Below, one piece after another: positions 42,908 through 53,152 of a stretch of DNA of 64,000 nt. The notes under the pieces are model-generated. The model saw nothing but the letters and a program-made list of their open reading frames with translations, had not been told where the DNA came from and ran no database searches. Each line of letters starts with the position of its first letter. Positions within the stretch are counted from its first letter, which is position 1. Made by a program: the position numbers and the translations under genes. Source of the stretch: Dipteris shenzhenensis (taxonomy: Eukaryota); assembly GCA_047967505.1 (NCBI GenBank), contig CM106538.1; one strand, 5' to 3'.

Positions 42908-45900
42908 AAAGTGCTGTCCATCTATACTTTTTGGCTCACATGGAAGCATTGGCAAGCTAGTTGGAGATAGTTGGGCAAAACAAAGCCAATTTACTTCCAC
43001 ATGACAGCTAACAGAGAGCAACATGCAGTCGTCCTCTAAGAAACCCCTATGCAGCAAGGCGAGACCATGATGGGCTAGCCAAATAGAATGATCTGCAAGG
43101 GTGCATGACTAGAGCGGAGACAAGGGTCAATCCACAATGCCGACCAACCAACTTGAATGGTTGGCCAATGAACAAACAAGGGTCTAGGGACTCTAGTCTA
43201 GGATAGACCCCAAACAACCTCAGACTGAACAACCAAGAGCAACCCCTAGGGTAGCAAGACAAGGCCATCATGGGGGCCAGCCAAACAGAATGATCTGCCA
43301 AGGTGCATCACCAGACCACAAATAAGGGCCGATCCACAATGCAGGCCAACTGACATGAATTGTTGGCTAATGAACAAACAAGCATCTAGTGACTCTGGTC
43401 TAGGATAGACCTTGACAAACATCAGGCTAAACAATCTAGACCAGACCAAGCCAACCACAGAGAAGGCCCCTGGAGAGGGTTACAAGGCACTTATATAGCC
43501 ACCACTGTTGGGCCAATGGTTGTACTCGGAACCAAGGATGTTTTTATCGAAGCTATGCTTATATATTAATATAAAATCTTGGCAAAAGTTTTCAAGCTCC
43601 ATTTTTTGCTTTCACAATATTGGTAGAATGTAGTACCCTTTTTATATGTTCTTTTGAATTTTGAAGGAAAAAATGTAAATCCTAGCAAAACTTCAAATTT
43701 TGTTGCATAACAGTGTCAAATCCTGGCTAATGTTTTACACTTTTAAGCTATGCTTATATATTAATATAAAATCTTGGCAAAAGTTTTCAAGCTCCATTTT
43801 TTGCTTTCACAATATTGGTAGAATGTAGTACCCTTTTTATATGTTCTTTTGAATTTTGAAGGAAAAAATGTAAATCCTAGCAAAACTTCAAATTTTGTTG
43901 CATAACAGTTTCAAATCCTGGCTAATGTTTTACACTTTTATTTTGATTAGGACATACAAACTTTCTATGGCAATATAAAAGTTTATCTCCTTAATGAAAA
44001 TAACTTGAAAAATTCATCCATAACTTGTTCCTTTATCCAATTTAAAAGTGATGTCCGTCTATACTTTTTGGCTCACATGGAAGCATTGGCATGCTAGTTG
44101 GAGATAGCTGGGTAAAACAAAGCCAATTTACTTCCACATGACAACTAACAAAGAGCAACATGCAATCGTCCTCTAAGAAACCACTATGCAGCAAGGCGAG
44201 ACCATGATGGGCTAGCCAAACAGAAGGATCTGCAAGGGTGCATGACTAGACCGGAGACAAGGGTCAATCCACAGTGCCGACCAACCAACTTGAATGGTTG
44301 GCCAATGAACAAACAAGGGTCTGGGGACTCTGGTCTAGGATAGACCCCAAACAACCTCAGACTGAACAACCAAGAGCAACCCCTAGGGTAGCAAGACAAG
44401 GCCATCATGGGGGCCAACCAAACACAATGATCTACCAAGGTGCATCTCAGACCACAAATAAGGGCCGATCCACAACGCAGGCTAACTGACATGAATTGTT
44501 GGCTAATGAACAATGTGACTCTGGTCTAGGATAGACGTTGACAAACATCAGGCTAAACAATCTAGACCAGACCAAGCCAACCACAGAGAAGGCCCCTGGA
44601 GAGGGTTACAAGGCACTTATATGGCCGCCATTGTTGGGCCAGTGGTTGTACTCGAAACCAAGGATGTTTTTATCGAAGCTATGCTTATATATTAATATAA
44701 AATCTTGGCAAAAGTTTTCAAGCTCCATTTTTTGCTTTCACAATATTGGTAGAATGTAGTACCCTTTTTATATGTTCTTTTGAATTTTGAAGGAAAAAAT
44801 GTAAATCCTAGCAAAACTTCAAATTTTGTTGCATAACAGTTTCAAATCCTGGCTAATGTTTTACACTTTTATTTTGATTAGGACATACGAACTTTCTATG
44901 GCAATATAAAAGTTTATCTCCTTAATGAAAATAACTTGAAAAATTCATCCATAACTTGTTCCTTTATCCAATTTAAAAGTGATGTCCATCTATACTTTTT
45001 GGCTCACATGGAAGCATTGGCCTGCTAGTTGGAGATAGCTGGGTAAAACAAAGCCAATTTACTTCCACATGACAACTAACAAAGAGCAACATGCAATCGT
45101 CCTCTAAGAAACCCCTATGCAGCAAGGCGAGACCATGATGGGCTAGCCAAATAGAATGATCTGCAAGGGTGCATGACTAGACCGGAGACAAGGGTCAATC
45201 CACAGTGCCGACCAACCAACTTGAATGGTTGGCCAATAAACAAACAAGGGTCTGGGGACTCTGGTCTAGGATAGACCCCAAACAACCTCAGACTGAACAA
45301 CCAAGAGCAACCCCTAGGGTAGCAAGACAAGGCCATCATGGGGGCCAACCAAACACAATGATCTACCAAGGTGCATCACCAGACCACAAATAAGGGCCGA
45401 TCCACAACACAGGCTAACTGACATGAATTGTTGGCTAATGAACAAACAAGCATCTAGTGACTCTGGTCTAGGATAGACCTTGACAAACATCAGGCTAAAC
45501 AATCTAGACCAGACCAAGCCAACCACAGAGAAGGCCCCTGGAGAGGGTTACAAGGCACTTATATGGCTGCCATTGTTGGGCCAGTGGTTGTACTCATTGA
45601 ACCAAGGATGTTTTTATCGAAGCTATGCTTATATATTAATATAAAATCTTGGCAAAAGTTTTCAAGCTCCATTTTTTGCTTTCACAATATTGGTAGAATG
45701 TAGTACCCTTTTTATATGTTCTTTTGAATTTTGAAGGAAAAAATGTAAATCCTAGCAAAACTTGAAATTTTGTTGCATAAAAGTTTCAAATCCTGGCTAA
45801 TGTTTTACACTTTTATTTTTATTAGGACATACAAACTTTCTATGGAAATATAAAAGTTTATCTTCTTAATGAAAATAACTTGAAAAATTCATCCATAACT

Positions 45901-46852
45901 TGTTCCTTTATCCAATTTGAAAGTGCTATCCATCTATACTTTTTGGCTCACATGGAAGCATTGGCGTGCTAGTTGGAGATAGCTGGGCAAAACAAAGCCA
46001 ATTTACTTCCACATGACAGCTAACAGAGAGCAACATGCAATCGTCCTCTAACAAACCCCTGTGCAGCAAGGCGAGACCATGATGGGCTGGCCAAATAGAA
46101 TGATCTGCAAGGGTGCATGACACAAGGGTCAATCCACAGTGCCGACCAACCAACTTGAATGGTTGGCCAATGAACAAACAAGGGTTTGGGGACTCTGGTC
46201 TAGGATAGACCCCAACCAACCTCAGACTGAACAACCAAGAGCAACCCCTAGGGTAGCAAGACAAGGCCATCATGGGGGCCAGCCAAACAGAATGATCTGC
46301 CAAGGTGCATCACCAAACCACAAATAAGGGCTGATCCACAACACAGGCCAACTGACATGAATTGTTGGCTAATGAACAAAAAAGCATCTAGTGACTCTGG
46401 TTTAGGATAGACCTTGACAAACATCAGGCTAAACAATCTAGACCAGACCAAGCCAACCACAGAGAAGGCCCTTGGAGATGGTTACAAGGCACTTATATGG
46501 CCGCCATTGTTGGGCCAGTGGTTGTACTCATTGAACCAAGGATGTTTTTATCGAAGCTATGCTTATATATTAATATAAAATCTTGGCAAAAGTTTTCAAG
46601 CTCCATTTTTTGCTTTCACAATATTGGTAGAATGTAGTACCCTTTTTATATGTTCTTTTGAATTTTGAAGGAAAAAATGTAAATTCTAGCAAAACTTCAA
46701 ATTTTGTTGCATAACAGTTTCAAATCCTGGCTAATGTTTTACACTTTTATTTTTATTAGGACATACAAACTTTCTATGGCAATATAAAAGTTTATCTTCT
46801 TAATGAAAATAACTTGAAAAATTCATCCATAACTTGTTCCTTTATCCAATTT
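42908..46852. repeat. Tandem array of four ~930-bp units
   Basis: Units start with AAAGTG at 42908, 44045, 44976 and 45920. Unit 1 carries an extra ~195-bp duplication. Each unit contains a diverged ~200-bp internal dimer. Confidence 0.95.
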
Positions 46853-47147
46853 GGGAATGGGCAATCCAAGCACCACCTAGGTGCGGATCTCAGCCATTTA
46901 GCAACCCTCAATTCAGTAAGCAAAATGGTTGGCCTTGATTTCCACCACTCTACACAATTTGAATTGGTTTTTGGTGTTGAGGGCTCTCACCTAGGGCCTT
47001 GCTTGTATTATTTCTTGGATTTGTTTCCCAAATGAATAGAAATGAATACTATTTGGTATGCTTACTACCTACTGTTGTTGCTAAGTTTGTCTTGTTGTCA
47101 TTGTCATCTTCAACAACTTGGTCACCCATAGATTGGTGTACCATAGC

Positions 47148-49206
47148 ATGGTTAATTGTTATGGTCTCTACAAGAGGCTTATATGACATAAAGGTGATTC
47201 CTATGAAGGCTTATTTAAACTATTATTGATAATGAATGGTGAGTGCACTCTGGAGGCTTACCCCATCTCATTAGTGAAGATGCTCACTTCTAGAGATTTA
47301 CCTTAATTCAAGGTCCTCCTCATAGTTGGAGGCTTATCCAACCTAATACTAATGGTGCTCTTTGATAAAGGCTTACCCAAACATTTTAATTATTTGTCCA
47401 TTCAGATGTAATGCTCACATTGATTAAGGCTTACCTTATTCAAGAAAAATGACTAAGTCATTGATTCTGTGCTAGAAGGCTTACTTTATATGATTACATC
47501 ATTTTAAAACAAATCTCATGTTTTAATTCATTCCACCAAGCATAAGATTGGAATAAATGCTAGAAATTCTTTCAGTTAATGATGGCCACTTGTTGATGAG
47601 GTGGACCAAAGCTGCCAAAAAAGTTGTTTTTAGTTGTTGAAATCCCCCATTTTATTTGATAACTATTTGATGTAGAAAACATAAAGAGCCTTTGATTTAT
47701 CAAATGTATGTGCTTGATAAATGCAACATATTCAGAATAATGAATATCAACATTTAAATCACCACTTTGGTGCTTATAAATTTGCTTGAATTTGAAAGAT
47801 TTTGTGTTTAATACGAGATCGGCATTTACTGGTATTAGAATAATGATAGTTTGGTTTTACACTTATTTTCTTCAAATTAAGATGGACTTGCATGTCATTG
47901 AAACTAGTGTTATTTACTAGAAAAATAATTGATTTGAACGTGAATTACAATACTTGTTGATGCACATCATGTGCTCTTTCAAGTTTCAATTGCTTGATGA
48001 AGAATTTTCTAAAATGATGGTCCATGTTTGCTTGTGCTAATTGGCACAACGAGAATTAGATTTGCAAAATTGTGAAGGATGCCTCTAAAGACTTTTTCTA
48101 AAATCTGCTTCAAATTTACCAAGATGTGATCAAACTACCAAAAATGGTGCCTAGAAATGCATTAGCAAAATTCAAAGCTCACTTTGGGGCCCTAAGAGAA
48201 ATCACCATGTTGTTTTTTTGGCTTTAAAAATAAATTATATAAAAAATAAAATTGACAAGGTAGGTGTTTTAAGTAGGCGTGCCACTTAAGTCTTTGAAAA
48301 TTCGATGCACGATTTGATGTTTTTGACATCACCAACACGTCTTGAACAGGCCAAAACCCCACAACCAACTTTTGAAATGCTGAGAATGGTGTCTAAATTG
48401 CATTCCACTATACATTCTTTTTTCGGGCCTTTTTTTGGCTTTTTTGGGCCTCCGAGTGTCCATTCTTAGTGTTTCAAAAGCCACTTTAGGGGTTTTGGCC
48501 CGCTCTAGAGGCACCATCGATGTCTTAAAATTCAAATTCTGCACCAAAAAATCATGTACATCAAATATAATAAATGGAAATGATATCCCTATTGAATGTA
48601 AGCTTGATTTTTTCCCTCCTTTTTATGATTTTTTTCTACGTTACGTAGGCTTATGATTTTTTTCTATGTTATGTAGGCCCTCCTCTGATTGGTAGAGGGC
48701 TATTTTTCTTCTAGGCTAAAAGGCCCCAAAATGAGCTCTCAAGTTTCCTAATGGTACAAGGGTTATACTTTTCTAAATGATGCCAAAATAATCCAAAATA
48801 TCTTTACATGAGCAACATTGTGTTTGTTTTTTAATGTGTGAATGAAGATTGCACAGAATTTCAACCAAAATTGACCAAGATATGGCCTAATAGCTAAAAG
48901 TACCTTCTTGATTGGAGCATAGATTTCTATGAATAACAATGCCCATATGGCCTCCAATTTTTTTAATAACATGTACTCTATGTATATCATGCAAAGATGT
49001 AGTGTGCAAGTACGTATGTGCAAGTACGTATGAGGAACAAGGAGATAAGATGCTAAATTCACTTTTAGCTTGTGGACTTAATTGTGATGTGTAATTGTGA
49101 CAACCTAGGGACACTAGTAGTGGAATGGAGATGAGGTTTGTTGCTACCCTTAGCACCTTGTAAAATTAACATTTAGAGGCTAAGTGGGGGCACTTTATTA
49201 CAAAAA
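47148..49206 (+). repeat. Long direct repeat, left copy (~2.06 kb); contains palindromic module copy 2 (48175-48738)
   Basis: Colinear with 56742-59016 from ATGGTTAA to TTATTACAAAAA. About seven RAGGCTTAY motifs in the first 350 bp. Confidence 0.92.
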
Positions 49207-49667
49207 TAGGCTAAGTAAGGGTCTTGAAAGGGCCCCCAATGAGTGTTTCCTAATTTCAAGGGATTAGTGAGGTATTTGAGGTGTACCAATGGGAGTGCTC
49301 CTTTTTGTGGGGCAATGCCATGTTGAGGTGGAGGGTGGGCAGACCTGCAAACAGCCCCTATTGGCTACTCCTCTTACACCGGGGACCACTCAAACCATCC
49401 CCCCCCCCAACCCATGCTTGACCCTTCTCCCATATGCACCTCCCCCAAACAAACCTACAAGTCATTCAAGAGGCAGTGGGCCCTTCTAGGTGAATTTTTC
49501 CCCCCTCAACTTGTTACAGGCCTGCCCCCTCCTTTTCTCTAGTCCAGCTCCATTCTCACTCCATTTTTCAAATGTGGGAACTCATTTGGCATCTTCCCTG
49601 CCCCATCCTACTCTAGTCCACTGTGTTTCTCCCTCTCTAGCACCTCCTATACCAGCTGCTCATTATA

Positions 49668-49880
49668 TCTCCATTCCTAGCTACAGCACCTCCTACATCA
49701 ACAGTTGCTCATCCCCCTCTGCTCTTTCTCCCTCCATTCCTAGCTATAGTACCTCTTGTAGTGGCTATTCATCCCCCTCTGCTCTTTCTCCCTCCATCCC
49801 TAGCTACAACACCTCCTGGAGTAGCTGCTCATCCCCCTCTGCATTTCTTTATCCATTCCTAGCTACAACACCTCTTGGAG
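49668..49880. repeat. ~60-bp pyrimidine-rich tandem repeat (~3.5 copies) upstream of the BAH gene
   Basis: CCATTCCTAGCTACA..CTCATCCCCCTCTGC recurs every 60 nt. Confidence 0.85.
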
Positions 49881-50006
49881 CTTCTCTCAACCTTCAGTTG
49901 CACCCTCTATACCTTCTCCCTCTCTCTCCCTACATCGAAACTGCTCTCTCCCTCCAAGCTGCACTTTCTAGTCCACTATTGCTATTGTGACAACCTCTGT
50001 ACAAGC

Positions 50007-51155
50007 ATGGTGAGGAGACCATACATGTACTCTGTGTCCCACAGGAACAAAAATGCACTGGATGAATGGGTGCCTTGCGCCTACAGCTTGAATGATTGGA
50101 TAGTCATGAGAGGATCTGCCAAGGGTCCACATAAGCTTCCCAAGAGCAAAAGAGGTGATGTTTTGCATGAATGGAAGGGCCGCATCATGAAGTTCAAGCT
50201 TGGGAAGAAAGGATGGCTTGCAAAGGTGTAACACATCTACATGGGGAAGGACATGCGCCTTCCTCCATCAAGCAATCAATCGACAATACCATCACATTGT
50301 AAGTCTACATTTTGTGTAAGATTTTGAAGTGTAATGAGTCAGTTTGAAATTGTATTTTGAAATAGAACCAGTGTATTGAGTCAATTTGAACTTGTATTTT
50401 GAAATAGCCCTTGTGCATAGCAGATGTATTTCCTTCAGAATTTGAGGAGTGGGAACCAGTCGAGTGCTTCTTAGGTAAGTTTACTGCCATTCATGAGGAT
50501 TTAGGAAGGCAAATGCATGCTGGAGAGAAGTCCTCTGCTTTGAAACACATAAATATCCATTGGTATGATGCCAAGTACATTACTCCAAGGACGGCATTAG
50601 GCTATGGCCATCTTCAATGAATTGCAACACCACAACTTGAAGACGTGCATTGCAACATGGTGGACACAAGAACAATGCAATCATACAAGGAAAAGATTGC
50701 AAAGGATGTGGGCATGGCCATGAAGTTTACATTTGGCTCTAAATGGGTAAGGTTGTCTTGGTTTATGCCTCTGCATATTTTTGCTTCTTATTTTCAGAAT
50801 ATCCAGATGCACAGAACAAAAACCATGTGGTCATGCAAGTGCCTACATGAGAATTCCCTTGAGGAATTGCTTGGGGTGAATTGGGGAAGCAGGTCAGGTG
50901 AACAGAAGGGTGATTTGTTTCAATCATGCTGACATCAATCGCAATGCTAACAAGGTCATTTTGGTGAACCGCATGGCTGCCCTCAATGCCTTTGGAACCA
51001 ATTTTCAAGGTATGGCATTGACGGTAGCAGCCATGTCCCTGGCCAGCAACAACAATAGCGTTGACTCTCTATCGACTAGGTTTAGATCTAAGAGTGTATT
51101 TGGGAATTCAAAGCCCGATATTCTCAGTGTTTTAGAGAAGAGAGAAAGGCTCTGA
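50007..51155 (+). pseudogene. BAH-domain-like protein; exon 1 50007-50298, exon 2 from 50424; disrupted
   Basis: Spliced product YSLNDWIVMR..HEWKGRIMKF..LAKV*HIYMGKDM..PSH|YVFPSEFEEWEPVECFLGKFTAIH follows the BAH pattern (Y.xGD.V.MR / Y.ARI.KI / V.V.WYYRP.E / ELFLS..D...+E.I.GKC.V). The GT-AG intron 50299-50423 keeps the frame. Stops at 50229 (TAA) and 50618 (TGA). The C-terminal end is uncertain. Confidence 0.6.
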
Positions 51156-51379
51156 AGCCTTATTGTATAGAAATTTTATTTTATATGAATACAGATATAT
51201 TTTTTATATAGTGCCCCATTTTGTGTTCTTTTACAAAATTTATTTTATACTGTCATTGTATTTTGTGACTTTAATTATTGTTGGCATTAATATTTTCATT
51301 CACTATTTTGTTCAAAAGCATGCTATCATATAAATATTTGCGCTATAATGGTCATTTCAGAGCAATCCAGTAAGAATCT

Positions 51380-51574
51380 CACCATGCGGCAGAAGGCAAA
51401 TGTGTTCGGCATCGCGCGGGGAGCCTAGAAAAGCAAAAATTTGCTATGGCACATATGGGTCAAACAGGCCCCATATGCACCTAGTCAAATAGGCCCCATA
51501 CATGCCATAGCGGTTTTTTGCTTTTCTGGGCTCCCTGCACAATGCTGAACACATTTGCCTTCTGTGCCACAGTG
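51380..51574. repeat. 195-bp hairpin/MITE with ~75-bp arms and CAC...GTG ends
   Basis: CACCATGCGGCAGAAGGCAAATGTGTTC.. pairs with ..GAACACATTTGCCTTCTGTGCCACAGTG. Mismatches are mostly transitions. Confidence 0.85.
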
Positions 51575-51757
51575 AAAAAACATCATTTGACCACTCAAAT
51601 TCACATTGAACTTGCATAAACTGATGGAAAGCATCATGTAACATGTATAATAACATGGGAACAATAATAGAACATAAAATTATATTTTATTCATTGGCCT
51701 CAAAGGGCAGAGATTTACAAAATGATTCAAGTTACACCAAATGAGCCTAAACAACAT

Positions 51758-52868
51758 CTAGGGCCAAAGGGAGGGATCGGAGCAGATGCGCTTGGCGAGG
51801 GTAAGATCCTTGTCCATCACTGTTACTCTTTTGGCATGGATAGCACATAAGTTCGCGTTTTCAAAAAGACCTACTGTCATTTGCTCCATTGCCTCGTGAA
51901 TTGCTCCCATAGCACCTGAAGTGAAACGCACATCATCCTTGTAATGCTGTGCTATTTCACGTACAACACGTTGGAAGGGTGCACGGGGAATGAGATTGTC
52001 CACAGTGGTTTGGAACTTGTGGATCTCTTGAAGGTCCTTCACGCCTGATTTTTTGCACCTCTTAATCTTTGGGGGACCCTGCACTAACCTCTGGACATGG
52101 CTCCATGGCCGCTTGTATTCTTTGAACTTCTTTTGCCTCTTCTTCCTTGCAACCACCTCTTAAGCTCCTCTTCCTGTGTCTGGTGGGTCCTTCGAGGTGG
52201 CTTGTCGTGCCTAGGCGTTTGCTTTGTCCTTGGTCTCTTTTCCTTTTCATGAGGCTGTGAGACAACAGGCTGAGGCTCTTGCTCAGCTCGTACTAGAGGC
52301 TCCTCATATCTTATAATTTCGAGGCACAAAGGGTTGATGATGCTCTTCCATGCGGTCTGCTTGGTTGGAGGATTGGGGCCAAGCTTCATTATATCTGCGA
52401 GCCCGCCAAATACTTCCTCTTGTTGTGGCCCCTGTAATCTCTCCATCTCCTCTCTTTGCCTTTCTTGCTCCCCTTGTTACTCTAGATGCTCCATGCCAGG
52501 ACCCCACAGAGGAGGGAGGGGTAGTTGATCAAGATTGACTGGACTATTTTACCCCTCTTGGGAGACCTCTCTACTTCCACAGTTAGTTGTGTGGAAGGAC
52601 TGAGAGGATCCCTAATCATGCTTGGATCCTTCCTCGTGCTGGGATTCCTCATGGTGCTGAGATCCCTGGGATCCCCCATGAGAGTCGAATGGTGGGGACT
52701 CGCGTTGCTTGGACTCCTGATGATGAGAACCACCTTCAGATCCCTCTTGATCAATGCCCTCTTGGCCACTGGGGCTTGCAGTGTGTTCGGAGGCCATGGG
52801 TTGTGAGGACAACGGGTAGCGTCTAAATGATGTCCACTGGGTCTAGCAGTTTGTTTAACTCATGCCAT
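51758..52868 (-). pseudogene. Divergent histone H3-like gene with very long N-terminal tail (reconstructed ~370 aa)
   Basis: Intact histone fold [56 protein letters not shown] (45/70 identities to canonical H3 by manual count). Starts ATG GCA TGA GTT AAA CAA ACT GCT AGA = MA(R>*)VKQTAR. Internal PTKQTA(W)KS and PRTKQTPR. Four stops and two frameshifts, all in the tail. Confidence 0.88.
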
Positions 52869-52881
52869 AGAAATGAGGGAT

Positions 52882-52953
52882 TTTAGGGTTTTGAATTGCT
52901 TTATATAGTCTTTTTTAAAGAACTTTAGGGTTCTTCTTTTAAATTAGGGTTTT
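52882..52953 (-). promoter_or_regulatory. Candidate promoter of the H3-like gene: TATA plus three telo-box-like AACCCTAA motifs
   Basis: TATATAAA (52907-52900 on -). TTAGGGTT at ~52883, 52925 and 52944. Confidence 0.5.
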
Positions 52954-53152
52954 TTGAGTGCACCCCCTCCCCCTCCCAATCTTTTGTCGTCGCCAGTTCG
53001 GTAATACTTAATCTTCACTACGCTCCCTCCCAACCCACTCACCCCTCCGCCTTGCCATGTCGCACATGCAATTCTGCAATTTCCAAACAAATTTGTGAAT
53101 TTTGGAATCTATAATTGACTCAAAATAGTGTTAACTTTATTCATCAAACATT

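Noticed and set aside
43047-46460. Repeated short ORFs (WLAPMMALSCYPRG...) as a tandem gene family
   Set aside because: Non-ATG or variable starts, frameshifts between units and no known domain; explained by the DNA repeat.
51568-51606. Complete RSS (heptamer-spacer-nonamer)
   Set aside because: CACAGTG is present, but no ACAAAAACC-like nonamer at 12 or 23 nt.
51758-52156. Calling the histone a bona fide CENH3 or a canonical H3
   Set aside because: It retains Q68, F84 and canonical loop-1 length (unlike CENH3), yet is only ~64% identical to H3 in the fold and has a disrupted giant tail.
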